Positions 28,807 to 38,480 of a stretch of DNA of 64,000 nucleotides are shown piece after piece (position 1 is the stretch's first letter; each line of letters opens with the position of its first letter). A program made the position numbers and the translations under genes. Source of the DNA: Acidobacteriota bacterium (GTDB taxonomy: Bacteria; Acidobacteriota; Vicinamibacteria; Vicinamibacterales; UBA2999); contig JBKPDL010000036.1 in the NCBI GenBank assembly GCA_046727855.1, positions 65 to 64,064 of the forward strand. Reading direction: 5' to 3'. The notes under the pieces are model-generated. The model was not told the origin of the DNA. It searched no databases and saw nothing but the letters and a program-made list of their open reading frames with translations.

Positions 28807-30729
28807 GGGTTCGATCTTCATGACGAACCCGCCGCGCGCGCGCAGCGGAACTTCGATCACGTCCTTGGCCGCCACGGGGCGCGCGCTGCTGTTGAACGCG
28901 CGATCGTCGGCGCCGTCGCGAATCAACGTCATCTGAAACGCGCCCGTCCCGAGAAAACCGGGCGCGACACGCACGGTACGAGCCGTATCGGCATTGAGCC
29001 CACCGACGTACCACACGCTGCCGCTCCGCCGCGCGACGATGACGAATGCTCCCGGCCCGCCCGCGAGCGCGCGCGTGTCGTCCCACGCCGATGGCACGCT
29101 CTTCAGAAACGCCTTTGGCTCGGCGGGCAGCGACTCGTACGCCTTGACGCTATCGGCAAAATGCTGCACGCCGGTGGTGAAGACAACCGACAACGCGAGC
29201 TCGTGCGCGTTGGTCGTGGTGCGTTTGAACTTGTGATCCGTGAACGTGACCGGCGTGTAGTCCATCACGCCGAGGGCGTTTCGTGTAAACGGCAGGATCG
29301 TGTTGTGCGACGCGGCGCGAGTGCTGAACGCCTCGCGAAATTTGTACTGCTCCGCGCCAAACACGGCTTCCATCCCCACCAGGTGCGGGAACTCGCGCTC
29401 CCAGCCGCGAGGAATGGTCGACCCGTGAAAGTTGACGAGCAATTGGAAGTCGGCCGCGTCTTCGAGAACCTCCCGGTACTGCTGGATGCGGTCCTGCTTG
29501 TCGCTGTGCCAGAAGTCCACTTTGACGCCCTTGATGCCCCAGTCGCGAATCTTCGCAAGCTCGGCCCGGCGCACGTCGCGTACGTGCATGCGGTCGCGCG
29601 GCGCCTCGGTGACGTCGTTGTGCGGACCACCGGAGTTGTACCAAAGCAGGAGACCAACGTTCTTCTCGCGCGCGTGCGCGATCACCTCGTCGATCGTGCC
29701 CGTCTGCATGAAGTTCCAGTTCGCATCGACAAGCGCGTATTCCCATCCCATCGCCGCCGCCAGATCGGTGAACGCGTTGAGCCGTTCGGCGTGCTTGGGG
29801 CTGTCGCTATCCGACCACCAGCTCCACGCCGCGCGGCCAGGTTTAATCCAGCTCGTGTCCTTGATCCGCGTCGGCGGTGCGAGATCGTTCACCAAATCCG
29901 ACACGAGAATGTCGCCCGCGGTGTCGCCGACAATGACCACTCGCCAGGGCAATGTCCATGGGATCGTGGCGGTCGGATTCACGGCGCCAACGCCCATGCC
30001 CTCCCTGGCATCAGGAAACGCGAGGCGATAAAGGCCGCCGCTCGCATCGGCCCCAAGATGCGAGCCGCAGTAGCTCCCATCGAGCCCGCTCTCTGAAATC
30101 AGCAGCCACGGGCCGGTCGCGGCATGGAAGAGGGCCGGGAACGACCAGCCGTCGGACCGCGGCGCGCGCGCTCCTGCTGCGACCTCTTCAAAAAACTCCT
30201 CGTACGCCGGACCATACCGATGAACTTCCTGCTGCGGCTCCAGCCACGCCGTTGACCGCGACGGTACCCGGAAGCCGGTGAGCTCTTCGACAACCGTCTT
30301 GCGCTCTCCAGCGGTTCCGGCAAAGTCAGGAAACCGATAGCGGAAGGCGACGCCGTCGTCATGTGCGCGAAGCACGATCTCGATTCGCGCGTTCGCGGCG
30401 TTGGCGAACGTGACGACGCGTTCGCGCCCGCGAACCTGGTGCTCGCGGCGTTTCCCGTGCGGCGTCGTGTAGCGCTCCTCGACGGGCCTGATGTCGGTGG
30501 CGTTGACGAACGTGAGCGTATCGACAAACGCCTGATCGCTGCGCCGAATGCCAAGCGGCGAATCGGCCAGAACGAGCGCGCCGCGATGCGTGACGCGCCA
30601 CAACAGTTGACCGCTGCCCTGCCGCGTCAAGACAATCGCCGTGCGATTGTCCGGGGAGTTGACGCTCCACTGCTGCGCCGCCGCCGGGGTAACGTGAAGG
30701 AGCACAAGCGCCATCACGAGGCGAGTCAT
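28720..30729 (-). CDS. glycoside hydrolase family 97 (alpha-glucosidase/alpha-galactosidase type)
   Basis: 669 aa. Signal peptide. GIKGVKVDFWHSDKQDRIQQYREVLEDAADFQLLVNFHGSTIPRGWEREFPHLVGMEAVFGAEQYKF is the GH97 catalytic-domain signature. The last ~30 codons run antisense into the FtsX remnant. Confidence 0.9.
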   Translation of the reverse strand: MTRLVMALVLLHVTPAAAQQWSVNSPDNRTAIVLTRQGSGQLLWRVTHRGALVLADSPLGIRRSDQAFVDTLTFVNATDIRPVEERYTTPHGKRREHQVRGRERVVTFANAANARIEIVLRAHDDGVAFRYRFPDFAGTAGERKTVVEELTGFRVPSRSTAWLEPQQEVHRYGPAYEEFFEEVAAGARAPRSDGWSFPALFHAATGPWLLISESGLDGSYCGSHLGADASGGLYRLAFPDAREGMGVGAVNPTATIPWTLPWRVVIVGDTAGDILVSDLVNDLAPPTRIKDTSWIKPGRAAWSWWSDSDSPKHAERLNAFTDLAAAMGWEYALVDANWNFMQTGTIDEVIAHAREKNVGLLLWYNSGGPHNDVTEAPRDRMHVRDVRRAELAKIRDWGIKGVKVDFWHSDKQDRIQQYREVLEDAADFQLLVNFHGSTIPRGWEREFPHLVGMEAVFGAEQYKFREAFSTRAASHNTILPFTRNALGVMDYTPVTFTDHKFKRTTTNAHELALSVVFTTGVQHFADSVKAYESLPAEPKAFLKSVPSAWDDTRALAGGPGAFVIVARRSGSVWYVGGLNADTARTVRVAPGFLGTGAFQMTLIRDGADDRAFNSSARPVAAKDVIEVPLRARGGFVMKIEPSLRTQHVDRVDASCLQGREKCRTSRNKQ

Positions 30730-30750
30730 CGACGGGTAAAGTACACCGGC

Positions 30751-31917
30751 ATGTGGACGCGGCGGCAGGTTTTGGTGTTACCGATGGGCATCGCGGCCTC
30801 GAGCGTGGCGCGCGCACAGGGGCTCGACCTGGTTTCGTTCGAGCGCGCGCGTGTGCTTCGCATCGCGAACAAACTTCTGAACGAGGCGCCCGTCACCGTC
30901 ACGTCCGCATCCAGCCCACGCAGCGCCGGCGGACCGCACGACTACTTTTCCGAAGGGGACTACTGGTGGCCTGACCCGCAGAATCCGGATGGTCCGTACA
31001 TCCAGCGCGACGGCGAAAGCAATCCCGACAACTTTCTCGCGCATCGGCGCGCGCTGATGCGTCTGAGTGTGCACGTGCCGGCGCTCGCGGTCGCCTGGCT
31101 GGTGACGAAGCAACAGCGGTACTCGGATCACGCGCGGCGCCACCTGCGCGCGTGGTTTCGCGACGAGCCAACGCGCATGACGCCGCACCTGCTGTATTCG
31201 CAGGCGATCAAAGGACGCTTCACGGGCCGCGGCACCGGGATCATCGACACCGTCCATCTTGTCGAAGTGGCGCGCGCCATAACTGTCCTCGAGCGCGGTA
31301 AGCAGCTGGCGGACGAGGAGCAGACGGCCTTCCGCGACTGGTTTTCGCGCTATCTCACCTGGATGACGACACACCAGTACGGCATCGATGAGCGTGAGGC
31401 ACGCAACAACCACGGCACGTGCTGGGTGATGCAGGTGGCGGAGTTCGCGCGATACGTGGGGCGCGACGATCTCGTCGCCTACTGCCGCGATCGTTACCGC
31501 ACTGTGCTCGTCCCGAATCAGATCGCCGCGGACGGGAGCTTCCCCGAAGAACTGCGGCGCACGAAGCCGTACGGGTATTCACTGTTCAATCTCGACGGCA
31601 TGGCGATGTGTTGCGAGATTCTGAGCGCTCCGCAGGACAGTCTCTGGACCTTCGAGCTGGCCGACGGACGCGGCATCCGCAAGGCCTTTGCGTTCCTGGT
31701 GCCGTTTATCGCAGACAAGAAGAAGTGGACGCGAACGCCCGACGTCATGTATTTCGACGAATGGCCGGTGAGACAGCCGGCGCTGTTGTTTGGCGGCATC
31801 GGGTTGCACGAGCCGTCCTACATCGAGTTGTGGAAGAAGCTGAATCCGGATCCGACTGTTGAGGAAGTGGTGCGGAATTATTTCATCCGGCAGCCGGTAT
31901 TGTGGTCGCGGACCTAG
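30751..31917 (+). CDS. alginate-lyase-family (PF05426-like) polysaccharide lyase, secreted
   Basis: ATG 30751 within ORF 30361..31917. Signal peptide MWTRRQVLVLPMGIAASSVARAQG. PRSAGGPHDYFSEGDYWWPDPQNPDGPYIQRDGESNPDNF matches the family as I recall it. Substrate unknown. Confidence 0.65.
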   Translation: MWTRRQVLVLPMGIAASSVARAQGLDLVSFERARVLRIANKLLNEAPVTVTSASSPRSAGGPHDYFSEGDYWWPDPQNPDGPYIQRDGESNPDNFLAHRRALMRLSVHVPALAVAWLVTKQQRYSDHARRHLRAWFRDEPTRMTPHLLYSQAIKGRFTGRGTGIIDTVHLVEVARAITVLERGKQLADEEQTAFRDWFSRYLTWMTTHQYGIDEREARNNHGTCWVMQVAEFARYVGRDDLVAYCRDRYRTVLVPNQIAADGSFPEELRRTKPYGYSLFNLDGMAMCCEILSAPQDSLWTFELADGRGIRKAFAFLVPFIADKKKWTRTPDVMYFDEWPVRQPALLFGGIGLHEPSYIELWKKLNPDPTVEEVVRNYFIRQPVLWSRT

Positions 31918-31930
31918 CCGGTATTGCGGT

Positions 31931-31950
31931 CGCGGACCTAAAGGTCCGCG
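31931..31950. terminator. GC-rich hairpin between convergent genes (CGCGGACC-TAAA-GGTCCGCG)
   Basis: 8-bp perfect stem with a 4-nt loop, read directly. Lies between stop 31917 (+) and stop 31976 (-). No clear U-tract. Confidence 0.4.
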
Positions 31951-31975
31951 CTACGGGTGAGCGTGGCCGCGGCCT

Positions 31976-33766
31976 TCAGGCCCTCAATTGCGAACCAACC
32001 AACACGCGGCCGCCGTGCGCCGGCACCGTCAATGCGACACGGCCCTCTCGCCGTCCCAAATCCGCTTCGGTCCACAATTCGCGAACCGCGTGCGGCCCGC
32101 GCAGCGAGAACGTCAGCTCGCGGGGTTGATCGCTCCAGTTGAGCAGCACCACATCGCTGCCGCCGGCGCGTGCCACGACGCCAACCTGCAGCTCGTCGTC
32201 CTCGAACTGCGCGGCGCGGCCTGTCGGCGGCTGAAGCTTCTTCAGCATCGCAAGCCGCGGCGCGCTGATTGCCGTGAGATCGTCGCCCGACAAGATCATG
32301 CCGCCCGTCGCATAGATCGCGGTCACGTGAAAACGAAATTCTTCTTCCGGTAAATCGCCCGTCAACACCACCGCATCGGGATCGTTCCACCACAACGTCC
32401 CGTTCTGCCAATTGCGCATCAGATTCTGCCGGGCGGTCGTGGCGATGCGATCCCACGTCCGCCTGATGTCATTCGAGCTTCGCGACCCGTGAATAAGTCC
32501 GAGCGACGCCCAAATCGGATGGTTGCACCCGAGAATGAACGCGTCGCCTGCCCCGTCGAGCAGCGCGCGCATGCCACGCCGGTAGGCATCGATCCGGGTG
32601 GCACGCGGATCGTGAAAGCGTCCGCCATGAATCGCGCCCCAGAAATTCGCGTCGAGCTTGAAATACGTACAGCCCCACTCCTGCCGCATGGTGCGGAACA
32701 CGCCGGTGAGATGTGCCTGCGCCTGCGGGTGCGTGCCGTCGAGCGCATACCATGGGGCGCGCCGCCAGCCAGCGAAAGTCACGCGATCGGCCCGAAGCGG
32801 CTCGCCGTTGTCATCCTTCACAAACCAATCGGGATGCGACTGGAATAACCGGGAGCCCGCTTCCGCGATGAACGGCGCGACCCATATTGCGGGCTCGAAG
32901 CCTTTGGCGCGAATCTGCTTCAGCACCGTCTGTACGTTCCCGCCGAACGCGGCGCCGGTGTCGAGCCAGTCGCCCATTGCCGGCTGATACCCGTCGTCTA
33001 TCTGGATGTATTTGAGACCAGGCACCTCGCGCGCGATGACGTCGAGATTCGCGAGCACCTGTTCGGCGGTCACGTTCGGGCCGAAGCAGTACCATGAGCA
33101 CCACCCGGACGGCGGATCGCGAAACGCGAGGCGCGGATGATGGCGAGTCAACCGCGCCGCCAGCGCCTGCAACAACTCTTCGCGGCTGGCTCCGCTCGAC
33201 CAGGTGAGCTCCTCGAGCAGCCACTCCTCCCCTGGCGTGAGCTCGAGCCCCTCGCTATCGATGACGATCTGAATGGACGATGGCAGCAGCCTGAATTTGC
33301 CCACGAAGCGGCGCGCCGATGTAAACGCAAGGAGATGATGCGTATCGGCAGCGCGAGCGCTGAGCGTCAGCGCACCGTAGACAGCTCGCGCGCCGTCGGG
33401 TTCGATCAGTTTGTAATGCTTGACGTCGGCGTAGTTGCCGAGATCCACCGGCTGTGCGAGCGTGCCGCCGGTCTGCGACAGCATCTGAAAACCCTCGCCG
33501 TACAGCCGCGTCTCGCCGGGCAGGCCGTGCTGGTAATCGAACAGCACGACCTCGCGCACACGCGCAGCGCGCTTGCCTGTATTACGGAGCGTGCAGCGGC
33601 AGACGCTGCCGTCCCACTGGCGTGTCAATCGCAGCGTGGCATCGGCCAGCGAACCGTCGTGCAGGACGATACGGGAGGGACCGGACAGCGACGCGCGCTG
33701 AAACGCGAGGGCGCCGAGAGGAAGCGCCGCGGCGAGTTGCAGTGCTTCGCGGCGCGACAGCTTCAT
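31976..33766 (-). CDS. GH36/GH27-clan alpha-galactosidase-like glycoside hydrolase with TAT-type signal
   Basis: 596 aa. MKLSRREALQLAAALPLGALA leader. WCSWYCFGPNVTAEQV...KYIQIDDGYQPAMGDW...KGFEPAIWVAPF is a melibiase-type TIM-barrel core. Confidence 0.8.
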   Translation of the reverse strand: MKLSRREALQLAAALPLGALAFQRASLSGPSRIVLHDGSLADATLRLTRQWDGSVCRCTLRNTGKRAARVREVVLFDYQHGLPGETRLYGEGFQMLSQTGGTLAQPVDLGNYADVKHYKLIEPDGARAVYGALTLSARAADTHHLLAFTSARRFVGKFRLLPSSIQIVIDSEGLELTPGEEWLLEELTWSSGASREELLQALAARLTRHHPRLAFRDPPSGWCSWYCFGPNVTAEQVLANLDVIAREVPGLKYIQIDDGYQPAMGDWLDTGAAFGGNVQTVLKQIRAKGFEPAIWVAPFIAEAGSRLFQSHPDWFVKDDNGEPLRADRVTFAGWRRAPWYALDGTHPQAQAHLTGVFRTMRQEWGCTYFKLDANFWGAIHGGRFHDPRATRIDAYRRGMRALLDGAGDAFILGCNHPIWASLGLIHGSRSSNDIRRTWDRIATTARQNLMRNWQNGTLWWNDPDAVVLTGDLPEEEFRFHVTAIYATGGMILSGDDLTAISAPRLAMLKKLQPPTGRAAQFEDDELQVGVVARAGGSDVVLLNWSDQPRELTFSLRGPHAVRELWTEADLGRREGRVALTVPAHGGRVLVGSQLRA

Positions 33767-35202
33767 GGCTTGACGATGCGATCGCCGTCGATTTCGACCA
33801 CGACCACCGTCGCCATCGGATCGAGAATCGGCCGCTCGAGATTGAGGAACCGTTTTCCTCCTTCGCTCGTGATCGGCACGGCCGCCTTGTTCTCGAGCAG
33901 ATAGGCGCGCTTGACCGCATTCTTCATTGCCGGCAGCTCAAAGGGCGCGCGCGGCTCCTCGAAAAACGTCACGAACAGTCTTCCGGGTTTCGTGGTGACA
34001 CGCCACTCGGTGCGCGCCAGAAACAGCGGCTCGCCGCGGACGTTCTTGGCGCCTTGCGACGAGGGTTCGGCCAGCTCCTCGCCAAGCGGCGTCGGCCCGG
34101 CGCCATACACCGCCTCGCCGTTGACCTTCAGCCACTTTCCGGCGGCGCGCAGTGTCTCCTGACTCGCCGGCGGAATCACGCCGTCAGCGCGCGGTCCGAC
34201 GTTGAGCAGATAGTTGCCGCCCTTGCTCACGATATCCACGAGCTTGAAGACGATTTGCCCCGGCGATTTCCAATCGAGGTCGTAATGCTTGTAACCCCAC
34301 GTGTGGTTGATCGTCGCCGGCGTTTCCCACGCGTCGTACTGCACCGTGGGCGGAATGACGTTATCGCCGGTGGTCGCGTAATCGCCGGCCATGCCGAGAC
34401 GCCCGTCGATCAGCGTCGCGGGCTGCAGCGAGCGCACGATATCCACAAAGCGTTGCGCGCGCACGGGCGTCATCATCCGCGGTGTGTCGAACCAGACGAG
34501 CGCGACCGGACCGTATCCGGTCAGCAGCTCCCGCACCTGCGGTTCGGCCTTTTCGCGAAGGTACTTGTCGTAAGCCTTTTTTTCGTCCGGCCCGAAATCC
34601 CAGTTGTTGCCGGCGCCGTTCGGGTCGTGCCAGTCCTGTGATTGCGAGTAGTAAAACCCAAGACGCATGCCGCGCTTCGCGCACGCGTCGGCGAGCTCCT
34701 TGAGCAGATCGCGCTTGAACGGCGTGGCGTCGACGATGTCGTATGGGCTGACCTTGGAGTCGTACAAGGCAAAGCCGTCGTGGTGCTTCGCGGTGATCAC
34801 GATGTACTTCATGCCCGCATCGCTCGCCAGCTGCACCCACTCGTCGGCGTTGAAGTGAAACGGGTTGAAGCCGGCGGCGAGCCGTTCGTACTCGCGCACG
34901 GGGATCTGCGCGCGATTCATGATCCACTCGCCGATGCCGGGAATGCGCTTGCCTTTCCACTCGCCGGCGGGAATCGCATACAAGCCGAAGTGGATGAACA
35001 GGCCGTACTTCGCTTCGTGAAACCACTTCAGACGTTCGGCGCTCGCGGGATCCTTCGTCGGCGGCGCTTGATCCGCGTGCGGGTGTGCGCCGGGCAGCAG
35101 GCACGCGGCCACGAGGACCGCGGCGGCCACTCGCACAGGTTGCTGAAGAAAACCAGGCAACCTGAATGCGAAATTCAAAATGCGAAATTCCGAATTTTTC
35201 AT
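33763..35202 (-). CDS. glycoside hydrolase family 29 alpha-L-fucosidase
   Basis: 479 aa. WFHEAKYGLFIHFGLYAIPAGEW...MKYIVITAKHHDGFALYDS is the GH29 signature. ATG 35202 lies inside an AT-rich hairpin. GTG 35136 (MRVAAAVLVAACLL, lipobox-like) is a plausible alternative start. Confidence 0.9.
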   Translation of the reverse strand: MKNSEFRILNFAFRLPGFLQQPVRVAAAVLVAACLLPGAHPHADQAPPTKDPASAERLKWFHEAKYGLFIHFGLYAIPAGEWKGKRIPGIGEWIMNRAQIPVREYERLAAGFNPFHFNADEWVQLASDAGMKYIVITAKHHDGFALYDSKVSPYDIVDATPFKRDLLKELADACAKRGMRLGFYYSQSQDWHDPNGAGNNWDFGPDEKKAYDKYLREKAEPQVRELLTGYGPVALVWFDTPRMMTPVRAQRFVDIVRSLQPATLIDGRLGMAGDYATTGDNVIPPTVQYDAWETPATINHTWGYKHYDLDWKSPGQIVFKLVDIVSKGGNYLLNVGPRADGVIPPASQETLRAAGKWLKVNGEAVYGAGPTPLGEELAEPSSQGAKNVRGEPLFLARTEWRVTTKPGRLFVTFFEEPRAPFELPAMKNAVKRAYLLENKAAVPITSEGGKRFLNLERPILDPMATVVVVEIDGDRIVKP

Positions 35203-35214
35203 TTTGAATTCAGG
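35161..35214. repeat. AT-rich hairpin/direct-repeat element
   Basis: CCTGAAT...CATTTTGAATTCAGG inverted arms plus a direct repeat AATGCGAAATTC x2 (35165, 35179). Much more AT-rich than its surroundings. Confidence 0.8.
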
Positions 35215-35233
35215 CTGCGTTGTTCAGCAGCTG

Positions 35234-35650
35234 CTACGCATGCTGCACCTGAACACCGGCTGTCGTCGGCGTTACCGGCGACTCGACACGTCGCGCTGCA
35301 CGCGCGGCGTTGCGCGAAAACATCGGCACGTAGCTGCCCTTGGGGACGTCGATGCGAATCTTGGCGTGTGCGAGCTCGCTCGCATACACCTGATCGAGCT
35401 TGCGACGCAGCGCGTAGGCACGCCGGCGGACGCTCGAGTCCTCGTCGGTCGAGTACGCGGTGGGCCGCCCGAGCGCTTCGACCCCGATCAGGTACTCGTG
35501 CAGCGTCGCGCCGCGTCCGGCGAGCTCCATCTCGCAGATGTAGCGCAGGAAATTACGCACCTGATTGGCGCGCAAGAACGTCACGCTCTGAAGCACCTGC
35601 TCCAGCGCCTGCCGCTTTTCGGCTTCGTGAATCACGGATGCGGCACTCAT
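35234..35650 (-). CDS. hypothetical protein with winged-helix (CadC/OmpR trans_reg_C-like) pattern
   Basis: 138 aa. Strong RBS GGGAGGA upstream of ATG 35650. FLRYICEMELAGRGATLHEYLIGVEALGRPTAYSTDEDSSVRRRAYALRRKLDQVY...IDVPKGSYVPMF resembles the N-terminal DNA-binding module of TPR/kinase-type regulators, here stand-alone. Confidence 0.55.
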   Translation of the reverse strand: MSAASVIHEAEKRQALEQVLQSVTFLRANQVRNFLRYICEMELAGRGATLHEYLIGVEALGRPTAYSTDEDSSVRRRAYALRRKLDQVYASELAHAKIRIDVPKGSYVPMFSRNAARAARRVESPVTPTTAGVQVQHA

Positions 35651-35778
35651 GGATTTGATTCCTCCCGGCGCATGTCATACGAGGGTCGCGGGCCCGCTGT
35701 CAAGCTTTACCGGTAAAGTTCACGGAAATCAGTGCTTTTTGCACGGCTTGTGAAAACAAGCACATGCCCGCGACGCCC

Positions 35779-37038
35779 TTATGACGCCGTCGGTGCCGCC
35801 GCCGTCCGTGTCTGCGCTGCCAGTCTGGGCAGAAAGCTCACCGCCACAGCGCCGATCGCCGCCAGCACTACCAGCAGCAGAAAGCCGCCTTCGTAGCTGC
35901 CGGTGCGGTCCCGAATGCCCGCCACCAGCATCGGCACCAGCGCCTCCGCAACGCTGTCGGCCGTGAGCACAACTCCCATCACGCGGCCCATCACCGCGAG
36001 GCCATAGAGATCGGCCGCCATGAGCGGAATGATCATGTAGTCGCCGCCCAGGCCGATGCCAAAGAGAAGCGCCGCCGCGCTCAACGCGCCGGTGGTCGGC
36101 GCGAAAAAGAGCGGCGGGATCGCGACCGCCACGATCAGGTAGATCAACAGCATCACCCGCTTGCGCGGCCAGCGATCGGCCAGCCATCCCATCAGCAGGC
36201 GGCCGATGAGACTTCCAATCAGAACGAGCGACAGCATGCCGTCCACGTCGCGCTGCGGCAGCTTTCGATCGAGGCTCAAATACAGCGCCAGGTTTTGCAC
36301 CGTGCCTCCCACTGCGCCGATCGACGCCATGCTGCCCAGGGCGAGAAAGTAAAAAGGCGCCTGCCGCAGGATGTGACTGAACCCGGAACCCGTGCCGCCA
36401 GCGGTCGCACCCGCAGCATGCGTCGCGGGTTTACCCAGGGCGAGCGCCTGCGAGTCGAAGGGGTCCTTGACGAAGTACGCCGCCGGCAGCGCCACGGCAA
36501 TCATCGACCAGCCGAGGATTTGCAGCGCGCCGCGCCAGCCGTATCGCTGCGTCAACGTGTACGCTAGCAGTGGCACGATTGCGCCGCCCAGGCCGATGCC
36601 GAGATACGCAATCCCCATCGCGCGCCCGCGCGCGCGATCGAACCATCGTGACAACAACACCTGATTCGGGAGCGGGCCGCCAAAGACATAACCCAGCGCG
36701 TTGAAGCAATAAAAGAAATAGAACGCCGCCATCGTCTTTACCGAGGCAAGGCCGACGAGCGCGCCGCCGGCCATGACGATGCCAACGAGCATCAAACGCC
36801 GCGGCCCGAAGCGATCGACGAGACGTCCCGCGAGGAAACCAAACGCAATCGCGACGGCGACTTTGCTGTAGGCGTTGCCGGATGTGACCTGCTGCCGGGT
36901 CCAGCCAAGCTCCTGCACGTAGAACGGATAAAAGCGCGGCAGTCCGTACAACGCGAAGCCGACGATGGCAAACAGCGCCAGAAACGCGGTGACGACGGCG
37001 AACAGCTGATGACGGCGGTCTATTGCGGCGTCGCTCAT
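35779..37038 (-). CDS. MFS transporter
   Basis: ATG 37038 ([23 protein letters not shown]) within ORF 35779..37305. 12-TM MFS layout. ATGA overlap with the upstream OYE gene. Confidence 0.85.
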   Translation of the reverse strand: MSDAAIDRRHQLFAVVTAFLALFAIVGFALYGLPRFYPFYVQELGWTRQQVTSGNAYSKVAVAIAFGFLAGRLVDRFGPRRLMLVGIVMAGGALVGLASVKTMAAFYFFYCFNALGYVFGGPLPNQVLLSRWFDRARGRAMGIAYLGIGLGGAIVPLLAYTLTQRYGWRGALQILGWSMIAVALPAAYFVKDPFDSQALALGKPATHAAGATAGGTGSGFSHILRQAPFYFLALGSMASIGAVGGTVQNLALYLSLDRKLPQRDVDGMLSLVLIGSLIGRLLMGWLADRWPRKRVMLLIYLIVAVAIPPLFFAPTTGALSAAALLFGIGLGGDYMIIPLMAADLYGLAVMGRVMGVVLTADSVAEALVPMLVAGIRDRTGSYEGGFLLLVVLAAIGAVAVSFLPRLAAQTRTAAAPTAS

Positions 37039-38480
37039 GTGCGTGTCGGCGTCTTCGCTTCGCGCAACCGTGCACCATGCGGATGGTTCGTGTAGTACGG
37101 ATCGAGCGGAAAACAGCCCGAGACCAGCCCCAGTCGCGGTCCGGTCGTGCAGTCGCTGAACGTGCGGCACAGCGACCGGCGCGCGAGCGGCCGCCCGGCC
37201 AGCACATCGGCCGGGAAGTCCGGATACGCAAGCACCATTCTGCCGATACCGACGAAATCGGTCATTCCTTCGCGCACGTTGTGCTGCGCAACATGCGGCA
37301 GCCACTCCTGCAAATAGGTGTAGCCGGATCCGACGAGCGCAAGATGGGGAAACTCACGCTTCAAGCGCGCCGTGATCGCGACGTGACGAGCGACACCACG
37401 CAGCGGATCCTCCGGCGGGTCGTAGCCATCGCTTGGAGGAAACAGCGCCGGCCGCTGCATGTGCGGGTTGTAGTAGGGACTGCCTGCCGTGATGCACACC
37501 CAGCGCACGCCCAGCTCGGTCAGCAATCGCAACAGCTGGCGCGCATCTTCCAGCGAGGCGTCGTCAGCTTCACCATCCGTCATCAAGCCGAACGCGCATT
37601 CGTACGTGCTGGCGTCTACCTCTGGCTTGCCCAGGCCGTCGGCCGCTTTGCGATAGGGCACCGAATCAACCGCGGAGACACGCACGCCCACATGCAATCG
37701 CGGCGCACTGGCGCGGATACCCTCGACGATCTTCTGAAGAAACCGTGTCCGGTTGGAAAACGAACCGCCGTAGCGACCAGGTCGGCTGCGTCCGCTGAGC
37801 AACTCATGACCGAGATAGCCGTGACAGTGCTTGATGTCGACAAAGGCAAAGCCGATGCGCGACGCGATCTGCGCCGCCACGATGTAATCGTCGACGAGTC
37901 GATCGAGGTCCTCGTCGCTGAACACCTGCACGCCGGCGGAAAAGCGGCGATCGAGAAGTGGATGATGATAGGCAACCCGCGGCTCGGGGCGATCGGATTG
38001 ATTGGGACGCGAGTAGCGTCCCGAATGCGTCAATTGCAGACCGATGAGAAGATCGCCGGCAGCGTTCGCGCCAAACCGATCGCAATGCGAAGCGATGAGA
38101 TCTTCCCGCAGCGAGGCGAGCGCACGCTCGGTGCGGGTGGTGATCACGAGCTGATTGGGATTGGCCCGGCCATCGTGGCGAACGGCGACGGCTTCGCCGC
38201 CCCAGATCAGCTTCGCGCCGCTCTGACCGAAATGGCGCCAGCGCCGGCGCGTCAACTCACTCGGTTCACCGGCCAGCGTACCGTCCCAGCCTTCCATCGG
38301 CAGGATGCAGAACCGATTGCCCACGCGCGTGCCGTTGAGTGCGAACGGCGCCGCGAGCGGAGAAGGCTGCGACAGCTCCCGATCGAAGGCAAGTGAGATA
38401 CCGGACGCGGCAAGATGCTGCGCCAAGGCGTCCGCACTCTTGATCGTGGCGATACGCGGGTAGCGCTGAACGTCGCTCAT
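37035..38480 (-). CDS. NADH:flavin oxidoreductase (Old Yellow Enzyme family), long form
   Basis: 481 aa. [30 protein letters not shown] and [17 protein letters not shown] blocks of OYE-type FMN TIM barrels. Cys-containing C-terminal extension. Confidence 0.85.
   Translation of the reverse strand: MSDVQRYPRIATIKSADALAQHLAASGISLAFDRELSQPSPLAAPFALNGTRVGNRFCILPMEGWDGTLAGEPSELTRRRWRHFGQSGAKLIWGGEAVAVRHDGRANPNQLVITTRTERALASLREDLIASHCDRFGANAAGDLLIGLQLTHSGRYSRPNQSDRPEPRVAYHHPLLDRRFSAGVQVFSDEDLDRLVDDYIVAAQIASRIGFAFVDIKHCHGYLGHELLSGRSRPGRYGGSFSNRTRFLQKIVEGIRASAPRLHVGVRVSAVDSVPYRKAADGLGKPEVDASTYECAFGLMTDGEADDASLEDARQLLRLLTELGVRWVCITAGSPYYNPHMQRPALFPPSDGYDPPEDPLRGVARHVAITARLKREFPHLALVGSGYTYLQEWLPHVAQHNVREGMTDFVGIGRMVLAYPDFPADVLAGRPLARRSLCRTFSDCTTGPRLGLVSGCFPLDPYYTNHPHGARLREAKTPTRT

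Noticed and set aside
35732-35763. Hairpin GTGCTTTTT...AAAACAAGCAC downstream of the MFS stop, as an intrinsic terminator
   Set aside because: The stem is bulged (9 bp with one unpaired base), the loop is long, and only a weak T-tract follows on the sense strand. This is not convincing without 3'-end data.
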